64,000 nt of DNA, taken from positions 22,630,001-22,694,000 of the forward strand of contig JBHGNT010000001.1 of the NCBI GenBank assembly GCA_043228905.1, given 5' to 3'. The position numbers and the translations under genes were made by a program. The stretch's first letter is position 1. Each line of letters starts with the position of its first letter. The stretch is from Azolla caroliniana. Lineage: Eukaryota > Plantae > Polypodiophyta. Positions 21,760 to 33,761 of the stretch are shown here, piece by piece. The notes under the pieces are model-generated. The model saw only the letters and a program-made list of their open reading frames with translations, did not search any database and had not been told where the DNA came from.

Positions 21760-23769
21760 TCACAAAATTTGAAGGGGAATTCTTATAAGGAAGGAGATTA
21801 TAACATTGTAGATACCCTGATAACTATGTGTTATGTTCAAATTGATATATTAATGTTCACATCTAAAGTTTGACAGTTTATGAATATCGTCTACATTTTA
21901 GAGTTGTGGATTTATCAAAATTGTTTATGAATATTGTCTACATTTCTTGAGTTGTGAATTTATGGATGTTAATGAGCACTAATTTATAGATGATGACATT
22001 AAGGATTGCAATATTACCTTTTATACTTAAAACATTTTCAAGTCTAACAATAGATGTAACCTTAATCTTCTCAAGATGGTGAAACCATTAATCTTAACTT
22101 GTGCCTTGAGTTGACCATAATTGTGATTTTCTTTAAGTTAACTACATTTCATATCTGCAAACCATCAACATTTAAACATTTATCCCTAAACTATTCAATT
22201 TTAGAAATTATCATTTTGAAATTTGTTAAATCTCAAAAAATTAGCAAAATTGACATGCTATTTAAAACATGTGATACTGGTGTATCAAGTTTTTGGAAAT
22301 TGTCTAAAATTGCAAGATTATAAAAGGAATCTATAAGTGGAATGCGCAATCCTTCCACTTGTGAATGCAAAGGTGTTATTACAGCAAACTCACGATTCAT
22401 AAAACAAGAGTTGGCTCCAGAGTCTAAGAGGGCAGAAGCTGGGACTTGATGGCACCTAGATGTGTTAAGCTCAACTTGTGCAGAGAAAACTCGACTAACT
22501 TGACCAGATGAAATGGAACCACAACTAGGGACGGACATTACATGCCTAGGGCTGTCCAACCAAATGGCTCCGATTTTGGCCGGACTTACTCGTTTAACAC
22601 ATCATCTAATTGGCTCAAGACATCAAATCTACTTAGGTTACAAGAAGGCAGGGCAGAAATTGAGATGGGATTGTCATGAGCACTTACTTGGTTAACTTGT
22701 CGTCGTGATTTATGTGGACAATTCACAGCAATATGCCCTGGACCACCACAATAGAGGCATAGACGATTCGCTCGCCGTCATTGCTTTTCAGCACCCGATA
22801 ATGGTCCTCAACATCGTGTTGTCTCGATTTCCATTGGAGTAGGGCCTTCCACCACACTTGACTTTGAGACTTGGGGTGGAGTTGCAACCACCGAAGCATA
22901 TGTTTCTGTTGGTCGAAAGCGTAACATTTGTTGGCACTCAGAACGCCGCTCAAATAAGCGATTGTCACATCGCACGGCCCGGCTTACTACTTCAGTAAGA
23001 GATTTTGGATCATCATGGAAGGTAAGAAGTAAATCCTTCACATCATTGCGCAAACCTTGTCGAAATTGGTCCATTAATGCCACCTCATCCCATGGAATAT
23101 CACATGCTAGAAGGCGAAAATCTGCAGCATAAGTGGAAGCAGGACGATCTCCTTGTCGTAATCACCGAATTTTGTTTATTGCAGTCCTCATACTATCACT
23201 GTCTCCAAATTTGGCTTGGAACTCATTAATAAACCCTTCAAAATCTTCTAATAATGGTGAGTGTTTCTCTAGGAGTGGTGCAAACCACGCTAATGCGGTA
23301 CCCGTTAACAAGGTACCAACTAGACCCACACGAGCAACATCAGTTGGGTAATGGCTAGGATTCAATTTAATCACAAGCCGTACCTGATTTAAAAATCCAC
23401 AAAATTGAGACCTTGTACCATCAAACTTGGCTGGTTACTAATCTTGGGTTCCTTCAGCGAGGTTTGAACTTCTGCCGCTTGTCGTTGCAATAGAGTAGAC
23501 TCTAATTGCTATACCCATTGAGATAATTCTTCATATTGTTGTACTTTCTCAGCACTTACTTATTGTAGGTCTCCCAGCAATCTTTGATTTTCATGCTCTA
23601 GTGCCACGAATTTGGTTGTTAGCATTTCGAGCTCGGAGAGAACACGCATATATTCTTGCTTGCTGACGGACTCCATAGTTGCAATAGAAAATTGCTAGAT
23701 TTGGTTGAATAAGGTTAAGATAAGAAGAAGAAGTTGGAGATGAAGAAAAGAGATAGATTCGGTTCAAAC

Positions 23770-24244
23770 TGTCGTGACTTGAGAATAGGAGAGAGAAAAA
23801 TAAGATGACAGTAGAAGGTAGAGGGAGAGAGAGAGAGAGAAAGAACACTAGAAATGGAAAGAGAGTTTATATTATAAGAGAGCAAGGATTACAAAGAGTA
23901 GGCCAAGGGGCTACAAACTGGTGTTGAACCGAATGAGTTGTGATGAATGAATAGACACCTATTTATAGGTCCTTATGGAGTATTCTAGAATGTTCTAGAA
24001 TATTTTAGATATTTATGATATTTAATATAATCATGGAATATCCTAGAATGTTCTAGAATACTCTAGATTGTTCTGGAATACTCTAGAATGTTCTAGAATA
24101 CTCTAAATGTCTTGTAATAAGTAATAATACATTTATTATAACTATACATCATATATGTTAGTATAATGGTTAAAGGTCCAACATATAGACCAAGACGTCT
24201 TGGGCTCGAATCCTTGTAAGGCCAAAATGTATGTCGTCATGACA
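23770..24244 (-). repeat. 5' LTR of chromovirus
   Basis: Pairs with 14234-14699. A TATA lies at 23960-23967 on the minus strand. Confidence 0.9.
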
Positions 24245-25800
24245 GTAGTCTCCCGAGCCCTCAGTTGATGGTCTTCCAATCCGGATCTCAGTTTTGGAAT
24301 CGGTTCCAAAACCCTCTTTTCTTCGCTAACAAGCCATTGCCCCCTCTTCGTGTATCACGCGACGATATCCTGCACGCTTTCCCATGTTTCGGTGACGCCA
24401 CTCTCAGTGGTCGTGTCCTCCAAAAGCAATCCAAGATCTTTTCGGTCCTGGATGTCCACGGCTCGTAGGAACATGATAACTTTGTCCAGTGTGAAGATAG
24501 CTTGATCTCTCATAGACAACCTCCCGACCGACTTTTGAATGACGAAAACACATCGAGGACCTTCATCCCCTTATCCGGTGTTTCCACCCAATCTTCGAAT
24601 CCCCTCCTCGTTTCCTTGGAGGAGTCCTCGATGGTGAACGTGGTCTTTAGCGCCTCTTCAAATGCCTCCCACATTGGATTTTGTTGTTGTATCCCGTGGA
24701 TACTCCCTTAAAGCCCGTCGGTCGCCACCCGGTTGAAGGATGTCACTTGCAGTCCTTCCGAAATCCCGCACCGTAGCATTTCCGCCTTGTAATCTCACAA
24801 ATATCGCGACACGTCTTTCCCGTTGAATTGCACGTTCCATTGCACGAGCCGCTCTACTACCACCACAATCTCCAACATCGCGCATTGTTCTTGTAGCATC
24901 CACTCAAACATCGTCTTCATGTTGTTAGCCCCAGTTGATTTTCCATCTCCTTGCCACCCGGGTTCACGTCGGGTTCACCACTTGTGTCGTGCCTTTCGGC
25001 TTCGGATCATTGCGTGAGTCGGGTGGGAACCACTAAGGTTTTGGACTAGGAGAAAGAAGAATACAATATAAAGCTAGTTATGAATAGGTAGAAAGAGAAG
25101 TAAGAAATAAAACTTGTGAATCCCACGTGTTTAGTGTATTTAATCAATATTTCAATTGTCAAAAAGAGAATTTTGATGATAAACTCATGAATCCCACAAA
25201 TATATTAGATTGATCAATCCTTGTAAAATAATCAACAACCCCAGACATCTTTCTCTCCTCCTTATATAAGGATGCAAGAGGCTAAGCATAGCTTCATGCG
25301 TGTTCATGCACACTAAAAGTGCATGAGTTGCTTTTTACACTATGCTTTTATTTCCTAAATATAGTGCTCATGCTCGCTAGATGTGCACGAGTAATTTTTT
25401 ATTGGTGTGCATTTTTCTTATAAATAAAGTATTCACGCATTCTAAAAATGCATGACTTACCTTTTAATAAAGGTAGACGTAAATAAAGGTCTTATATGTA
25501 TTAAATCTATATTTAAAACACTTGGTATAAGTTAGTGCAATGGTAAGGTTGGGGTTTGTCTACGTGGAGGTACAGGGTTTGAATCTTGCCTTATACATGT
25601 AACAATCTTTTCTTCTATTTACAAATTTGTCTCTTCATTTGGTGAGAGACTCTCACCGGCCTTCTTTATTCGGCTCTTGCCGGTTCTCCTTCATCCGGTT
25701 CTCACTGGTTCTCCTTATCGGTCCTCCTTACCGGTTCCTCCTTCATCCGGTTCTCACAAGTTCTCCTTACCGGTTCTTCCTTGTCCCATCCGAAGGAACA

Positions 25801-28290
25801 CAAAATGCGATTTTCACATAGTGTGCGAATTACACTATGACAACGCAACTTTTGCAAAACAAATAGAACATGTTGAACATGATCTTGCAAGGTACGACTA
25901 TATATCAAAATATATCATCCAAGAAGACGACAACAAAATCACTGAGTTGATGTCGGAAAACGTCATTCATTGCTTGTTGTAATGTGGCTGAAGCATTAGT
26001 CAACCCGAAAGGCATCACTAAAAATTCATAATGGCCATAGCATGTATGAAAAGCGGTTTAAGGAATATCATCCTCGACAATGCGAATCTGATGATAACAT
26101 GTTCGTAAGTTAATTTTCGTAAAATATCAGGCCCCATGCAAACGATCAATCAAATCATCGACATGAGGTAACAGATATGCATTTTTAATTGTCATTTTAT
26201 TCAAACGGCGATACTTGATACACATTCACCATGAACCTTCCTTCTTCTTAACTAATAGAACTGGCGCACCCCAAGGTGATGTACTATACCTAATGTGGCC
26301 CATACTCAAGTATTCCTTAATTTGTTTACTGATCTCATCCTCTTCTAATCGACTAAGTCGGTAAGGTGGAATGCTCACAAGACCAGCATCTAGGATGAGT
26401 TCAATTTGATGGTCCACATTACGTTTTGGTGATAAAGTAAGCGACAATTCGTTAGGAAACAAGTCTTGAAAATCATCTAAAATAAAATCGAGTAATCGTT
26501 GTTCATAATGTGGTAATTGTGTGGCATCAATATTAAAATAATAAAATTGAAGCGCAAGGTCAATTACACACGAATAAATTAATGAACTAGAATACTCACT
26601 TAAAGATTTAGAAGACACAAGTGAACGAGAAGGAAGTTTGGAACATTGAATAAAATGTTTACAATTATTAAGTTCAAATGTGATTGAGTGATTAACCTAA
26701 TCAATGGACAAAGAAGGGTTTTTATTAAAAAACCAAGGGTATCCTAAAATGACATCTGCGGATTGTAGTTTCATAACATAAAACTCTAGCTTCACCAAAT
26801 AGGTATCTATTTGAAATGGCAGCTGACAAACAATGCCAGTGATGTATTGAACGCTTCCATTTGCCATGTGAACTTGATAGATATGATCAGTTTGTGTTTA
26901 TGTGGAGTTCCATTTGTTGGACAAAGTGATCATTAAGAAAGTTGTGAGAACTACCAGAATCAAACAAGAAACGTGCTTGTGTTCCATTGATATGCTCGAC
27001 TGCTCAGAGTAAATCATTAGGTCCAAGTAAATGTGAAGGAAAAGTGCATTCACATGAACTTAAGTGGTTGGTATGAACTTCAACAAAATCAAAAGACTCA
27101 TCTGTCTTGAGGAGGGGTGTTCATTGACTTCCTCTCAAGACGCTGAGAGGAATCCTTTGTGTGGCCCCGCATCTTGCAATATGCACAGAAGAGGTTCGGT
27201 TTCTTGGAGTCGCGGTCAAGAGTGTGACTGGATTGCTTACGTTTCCCAATGAACTTGACATTCAGAGTTTTGGCGAAATCAAGTTTATTGTGGTCTTTCT
27301 TGGAAGTCCAATGGTACTGAAGTAGAATGTTGACAGCTTCCTCGAAAGTTGTGGGGTCCTTGTCATGGACAATCTAATGGTAATCCCCATTGGGAATACC
27401 ATTCAAAAAGCAAGCAACAAGCCATTTCTCGCTCCTAAGTCCTGATTTTTGGATCTTGGTTCGAGCATAAAGCACATAATCCCCGACAGAGGTAAATGGC
27501 TTACTTGACAACGTGAGCAAGTGTTGTGCTTGTTCAGTTTGTGAAGGTGGCTGCAAAAACTGTTTCTTAAAAACATCAACGAAACCTTCCCAAGTTGTGG
27601 GTAAATTCTTTGTAGTCCATAGGCCGCGCCACCAAGCAACAGCTCGGCCACCTAACTCACGGCCGACATAACCAATTTTTACAGCATAGGGCTTGGGGTG
27701 GAGCTCAAAGTGAGACTCCCAACAACCAAGCCAAGTGCTAATGGCCTCCTCGGTTCTTTCTTTTTTATCTCCCTTGAATGACATTAGTATGAAAGAATGT
27801 TCACCTTCTTTCTTGGACTGAATAGTCAATTCTTGGAATTTCTTTTCCAATGCCATATTGTCTTGTCTCATTTCAGCCATTTGATTCAAGGCAGTAGTGA
27901 GCAATTGCTCAATAGTGATCTCAGCTTGTGTGCGAGATATGGATTGGAGTTGAAAGGCCTCGGTCGAAGAGATCACTGCAACAACGTTCAAAACTTGTTC
28001 CATGATACAAGTTGTGGCCCCCCGAGGCTCAACCATTGATGTGATGCCGGTTCTCACATCAATGTAGTTTCCTAGTTAGCCTTATATTAGAATGCCAACC
28101 CAGCATGTATTGATATAGTCGAGAAAGTGTATTACGTGAAAAACAAGTGCACTCACAAGTAATATTCTAGTCTTGCGAATAGCAAGCAAATGTTATGAAA
28201 AAAAGAGAAAAAGAAGTCACTATCTATAAGATTCAAGAAGTGACGAAAACAAGGTTCAAAAACCATGTGTTGTCTACTAAAAAAAAATAT
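25801..28290 (-). pseudogene. Ty3/gypsy remnant (gag, protease, N-terminal RT)
   Basis: Retrotrans_gag-like ORF 27374-28057 (AVAWWR...TWEGFVDVFKKQF), a LFDSGSSHNF protease motif near 26950, and SPWGAPVLLVKKKEGSW RT in ORF 26226-26618. Confidence 0.85.
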
Positions 28291-28950
28291 TGTTGGGATT
28301 TCGGTCCCTTCGGATGGGATGTCCGGAGATGAATGACGGCAAGCCCGGTTGCGGTTACGGAGCCGGATGATGAAGACCCTGGCTACGGAGCCGGATGATG
28401 AAGACCCCGGCTACGGAGCCGGATGATGAAGACCCCGGTTACCGAGCCGGATGCTGAAGACCCCGGTTACGGAGCCGGATGACGAATGTACCCGGAGAGA
28501 GATCCGGATGCGGGGACATATTTGTGAATATGTTTTGCCAAGAGCCCTTGAGGCTATATTTGTAAATAGCCCGAAAGTCATATGTGTATAAATATGACTT
28601 AGGGCAAACAGTTTAAATGTTGTTGCTTATTTTTATGCGAAGTGAGAGCAGCCGAGAGAGCAGCCGAGAGAGAGAGAGAGAGAGACGAAGAGGTCGTTGC
28701 CTCTGTGTATTACCGCCGCCTGTGGCGAAGACAGTGAGCTCAAGGTTATTGCCTTGCAGCTTCACCAGTGTACATCCATGTTCATAGTGATAGTTGGAGT
28801 TTGAGGACTCCCGTGGTTTTTCCCATTTAGGGTTTTCCACGTAAAATATCCAGTGTACCTTTCTCTCTATTGTCCTCGTGCATTTTGTATTTCCCGTTTT
28901 CTGTGAGTTGATCCTATTCCTCGGTTGTGGCCGAGCACTGTTTTTTAACA
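28291..28950 (+). repeat. 5' LTR with 30-bp tandem repeats
   Basis: GGYTACGGAGCCGGATGATGAAGACCC units in U3. Confidence 0.92.
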
Positions 28951-28981
28951 AAGTGGTATCAGAGCGACGGTAACACAGAAA

Positions 28982-31900
28982 ATGGAAGGCGGCGGTAGTG
29001 GGCCTCCGGGCATGATGGTGTTGAACTCACAGAACTACGCCGACTGGAAGATAAAGATGGAAGACCTTCTCATCGTCCGAGACCTGTACGAACCGATCGA
29101 CAATGCCGAGATACCCAAGGGAGTAATAGAGTCGGAGTGGAAGCTCCTGAACCGGAAAGCCGTAGCGACGATTCGGCAATATGTCGATGTAAGCGTCCTA
29201 CAACATGTGGCGAACGACACCAACGCATATGAGATGTGGAAGAAGCTGTCGGGCCTCTACGAGAGGAAGAATGCGTTGAACCGGACCTCCCTGATGAGGA
29301 AGATAGTGAACCTCAAGTACCGGGACGGCGAGAATATGGTGGAACACGTGAGCACGTTCATGGGATTCGTGAACCAGCTTGCGGCGATCAAGTTCCCGTT
29401 GGAGGATGCAATGCAAGCCATCATTCTGATGTGTACATTGCCGGAAAGCTGGGAGAACTTGGTGGTGACTCTCAGCACCTCCTGCACCGAAGATAACTTG
29501 TCTCTACAAACGGTAAAGACAAGCATTTTGAACGAAGAAGCACGTCGGAGAGATAAAGAACCGGTTTCCGATCCGAAGATGCTGCTTACCGAATCGGATC
29601 GGGGAAGACAATGGAACCGGAGTCCGCAAAGACGGGAGAAGTCGGGGACCCGGTCGCAGTCAAGAGGAAGGCCCACATGCTTCCACTGTGGGAAGCCGGG
29701 GCACTTCCGGAAGAATTGTCGGCATTACCGAAAGGACAACGGAGCCGACGACACCGATTCGAAGAAGTCACCGGAGAGAAACGGTGCATACCGGGGAGCC
29801 ACGGACCGGAGAGGTCCGGATCGGCGAGGGCAGGACCGGAAAGGAACGACGGCACTCGCGGCAAGTGAAGAAGAGATAATGCTCATTACCGAAGAGAGGG
29901 AGCTGAACCTTGCCGGTGTAGAGATGACCTGGGTGGTCGATTCCGGAGCGTCGTTCCACCTGACCCCGGAGAAGAAATACTTCTCATCCTACACAACCGG
30001 TGAGCACGGCTGTGTCCGGATGGGAAATGAAGGCACATGCCGGATTGCCGACATAGGAGACGTGTGGCTGATGACATCAACCGGATGCAAGATGCTGCTG
30101 AAGGATGTGCGACACGTTCCGGAGGTCCGATTGAACCTAATCTCGGCCGGGAGGCTAGATGATGAAGGCTACACGGGTAGCATCCGGAACGGTGTCATGA
30201 AGTTCAGCAAGGGGAGCCTGATAGTGGCTCGGGCCCGGAAGGTCAACACACTGTACCTGATGAATTCCCGACTATGTCCGGAGGAGCTGAACGTGGCAGC
30301 CGACACTGCCGGTGAGCTGTGGCACAAGAGACTGTGCCACATGAGTGAGAAGGGGATGAAGAGGCTTGCAGAAGACAACCTTATTCCAGTGAAGCATGTG
30401 CACCTAGAGAAGTGCACCGACTGCCTGGCCGGTAAGCAAAACCGGACCTCCTTCCACTCAAGGCCACCGACGAGACGTAGCGCACCATTGGAGCTGGTGC
30501 ACACTGACGTGTGTCAAGTAGAAACGAAGTCACATGGCGGAGCCCAGTACTTCGTGACATTCATTGATGACCACAGCCGGAAGCTGTGGACGGCACCGTT
30601 GAAGACAAAGGACCAAGTGTTGTGCGTCTTCAAAGAACTTCACGCGAGAGTGGAAAGGGAATCCGGCAAGAAGCTGAAAGCGATACGAGCGGATAACGGA
30701 GGGGAATACCGGGGGCAGTTCCAGGAGTACTGTCGCTCGAAGGGAATCCGGCTCGAGTTTACTGTGCCGAAGACGCCGGAACTGAACGGGCTGGCTGAGA
30801 GGATGAACCGGACCATAATGGAGAGGGTCCGGAGTATGCTGGCGCATGCGAAATTACCCAAGGGATTTTGGGCTAAGGCAATGTCGACGGCGACGTATGT
30901 GATAAATAGATCACCCTCAGTACCTTTGGACGGAGACACGCCGCAGAAAGTGTGGACCGGTAAGGAAGTGTCCTACCGGCATCTGAAGGTGTTCGGGTGT
31001 CTCGCATACGTGCATGTGGCAAAGGACCGGAGAGGAAAGTTAGATCCAAAGACCCGGCCATGCATATTCCTCGGTTACGGCGACGACGAGTTCGGCTACC
31101 GAGTATGGGACCCGGTCGACAAGAAGATATTCAGGAGTCGAGATATCATCTTCATGGAGGACAAGACACTCGCCGACTGGGAGTCGGAGAAGAAGATGAA
31201 GAGCTCCAAGTCGACCGGTGAGGATAAACTCTACGAGGAGCAGTCCCGACCGGCAAGGGACCGATTAGCACTCGAGGATCCGGCCGAAGACGGTGAAGAA
31301 ATAGAACCGGCCGAGGAAGATGAAACTGATACCGGAACCGGCCCTGATCCCGAAATGGATTCGGATGAAGAGGAAACGGAGCAGCCGGTTACCGAAGCTC
31401 CGGAACGGAGATACCCTCTAAGAGAGAGAAGGGCCCCCCGGAGATTTCCGGAACCAGAGCACGTGCTGCTAACCGACGAGGGGGAGCCGGAGAGTTTTGA
31501 AGAAGCAAAGCTTGACACCCATAGCCGCAGGTGGTCAAGTGCCATGCAGGAGGAGATGGATTCCCTGCATGAGAACCACACATATGAACTTGTGGAGTTG
31601 CCGAAAGGAAAGCGGGCACTTCGAAACAAGTGGGTGTTCAAGCTGAAACCGGGAGATGCCGGAAACCCCCCGAGATACAAAGCCAGGATCGTGGTGAAGG
31701 GGTTCCAGCAGAAGAAGGGAGTCGACTTCGACGAGATATTTGCCCCGGTAGTGAAGATGACCTCTATCCGGACGGTGCTGAGCATAGCGGCAAGCATGGA
31801 CCTCGAGGTAGAACAGATGGACGTGAAGACGGCATTCCTTCACGGTGACCTCGAAGAAGAGATCTACATGCAGCAACCGGAAGGATTCGAGAAGAAAGGG

Positions 31901-33053
31901 AAGGAGCACCTGGTATGCCGGTTGAAGAAGAGCCTTTACGGACTGAAGCAGGCTCCCCGGCAATGGTACCGGAAGTTCGACTCCTTCATGACCGACGAAG
32001 GGTACCACAAAACGCAGTCCGATCACTGCGTGTTTGTGAAGAAGTTCGAAGGAGGAGACTCTAATACTCCTCCTGTACGTGGACGACATGTTGATCGTCG
32101 GACGGGACCAGGGCAAGATACGGATGCTGAAGAAAGCACTTCACCGAACCTTCTCAATGAAGGACCTGGGTCCGGCGAGGCAAATACTAGGGATGCACAT
32201 CATCCGAGACCGGAAGAAGAAGCAGTTGTGGCTGTCATAGGAGAAGTACGTAACAAAGGTGCTTCACCGGTTCAACATGTCGGAAGCAAGACCGGTCGGA
32301 TCAACTCTCCCGGCAAACTGCAAGTTGTCCAGCAAGCAAAGCCCCAAGACAAAGGCTGAGAAAGAGGACATGATGAAAGTACCATATACCTCTGCCATCG
32401 GAAGCTTGATGTACGCAATGGTGTGTACAAGACCGGACATAGGATACGCAGTCGGAGTGGTGAGCCGGTACATGAGCAATCCCGGCAAGGAGCACTGGAA
32501 CGCGGTCAAGTGGATACTCCGATACCTGAAGGGCACGGCAAACGTGTGCCTCCGATTCGGCTCCGGTAAGCCCGAACTCGACGGCTTTACCGATTCGGAT
32601 ATGTCGGCTGATGCAGATACCAGCCGGTCCACATCAGGGTATGTGATGACGTATGCAGGGGGAGCTGTTTCGTGGCAGTCGAGGCTGCAGAAGACGGTTG
32701 CGTTGTCAACCACGGAGGCGGAGTACATGGCGGCTGTTGAAGCCGGCAAGGAAATGATATGGATGAAGGACTTCATTAGAGAGCTCGGTATCCGGCAGGA
32801 GGAGTACCGACTCTACTGCGACAGTCAGAGTGCCATCCACCTTGCGAAGAACGCGGCCTATCACTCCCGGACGAAGCACATCCAGCGAAGATATCACTGG
32901 ATCCGGGAAAGGATAGAAGACCAGGAGTTCGTGCCGACGAAGATCCACATGGACGAGAATGGCTCAGATATGCTGACCAAAGTGCTCACACCCGACAAGC
33001 TGGAAGCATGCCGGAAGAGGATCGGATTGGAGAGACATCCCATGCCGAAGTGA
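28982..33053 (+). pseudogene. Nearly intact copia gag-pol (one frameshift ~32060, one stop ~32238)
   Basis: A 1125-aa ORF has a CCHC knuckle, WVVDSGASFH, integrase DDE and RT QMDVKTAF. It continues in another frame through LYVDD to RNaseH (ORF 32259-33053). Confidence 0.93.
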
Positions 33054-33063
33054 AGGGGGAGTT

Positions 33064-33464
33064 TGTTGGGATTTCGGTCCCTCCGGATGGGATGTCCGGA
33101 GATGAATGACGGCAAGCCCGGTTGCGGTTACGGAGCCGGATGATGAAGACCCTGGCTACGGAGCCGGATGATGAAGACCCCGGCTACGGAGCCGGATGAT
33201 GAATACCCCGGCTACAGAGCCGGATGATGAAGACCCCGGTTACCGAGCCGGATGCTGAAGACCCCGGTTACGGAGCCGGATGACGAATGTACCCGGAGAG
33301 AGATCCGGATGCGGGGACATATTTGTGAATATGTTTTGCCAAGAGCCCTTGAGGCTATATTTGTAAATAGCCCGAAAGTCATATGTGTATAAATATGACT
33401 TAGGGCAAACAATTTAAATGTTGTTGCTTATTTTTATGCGAAGTGAGAGCAGCTGAGAGAGCAG

Positions 33465-33497
<33 letters not shown>

Positions 33498-33761
33498 GAA
33501 GAGGTCGTTGCCTCTGTGTATTACCGCCGCCTGTGGCGAAGACAGTGAGCTCAAGGTTGTTGCCTTGCAGCTTCACCAGTGTACATCCCTGTTCATAGTG
33601 ATAGTTGGAGTTTGAGGACTCCCGTGGTTTTTCCCATTTAGGGTTTTCCACGTAAAATATCCAGTGTACCTTTCTCTCTATTGTCCTCGTGCATTTTGTA
33701 TTTCCCGTTTTCTGTGAGTTGATCCTATTCCTCGGTTGTGGCCGAGCACTGTTTTTTAACA
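33064..33761 (+). repeat. 3' LTR with 30-bp tandem repeats
   Basis: Matches the 5' LTR, with one extra repeat unit and a longer GA tract. Confidence 0.92.

Larger units (their letters stand above)
18496..22377 (-). mobile_element. Non-autonomous (internally deleted) Sola-like DNA transposon, 3882 bp
   Basis: Imperfect TIRs AACACGTTTGCGTTCACAAGTGGAAGGAT / ATCCTTCCACTTGTGAATGCAAAGGTGTT. TSD ATTA at 18492-18495 and 22378-22381. Removing the element restores the host protease (EFAVMHNIQ). Confidence 0.9.
14700..23700 (-). pseudogene. Chromovirus gag-pol pseudogene (protease split by the DNA transposon at 18496-22377)
   Basis: ORFs are 23162-23374 and 22808-23083 (gag), 22233-22559 and 18239-18493 (protease), 17363-17755 (RT), 15507-17003 (RNaseH/integrase) and 15044-15448 (chromodomain). 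Confidence 0.9.
14234..24244 (-). mobile_element. Ty3/gypsy chromovirus (Tcn1-like), full-length but decayed
   Basis: LTRs at 14234-14699 and ~23770-24244, TSD GTAGT, PPT at 14701-14713. Domain order is gag, protease (LLDSGA), RT (YLDD), RNaseH, integrase, chromodomain. Confidence 0.92.
13479..25620 (-). mobile_element. Gypsy-like LTR element with tRNA-Trp PBS (5' LTR ~24985-25620; gag relic 13479-14228 and 24250-24960), interrupted by the chromovirus
   Basis: TTCACGTCGGGTTCACCA at 24963-24980 matches the plant tRNA-Trp 3' end. The LTR is homologous to 44769-45557. A knuckle-like WCDNTEHDHRDC lies in ORF 13708-14160. Confidence 0.75.
28291..33761 (+). mobile_element. Young full-length Ty1/copia element
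   Basis: Highly similar LTRs at 28291-28950 and 33064-33761 (TG...CA). iMet PBS TGGTATCAGAGC at 28954, PPT at ~33052-33061, TSD AATAT/AATAC. Confidence 0.95.

Noticed and set aside
24963-24980. tRNA-Trp gene or integration att site
   Set aside because: Only the 3' 18 nt including CCA are present, adjacent to an LTR, so this is a primer-binding site.
29035-33115. Antisense ORFs within copia pol
   Set aside because: They are shadows of GC-rich coding sequence with no recognisable motifs.
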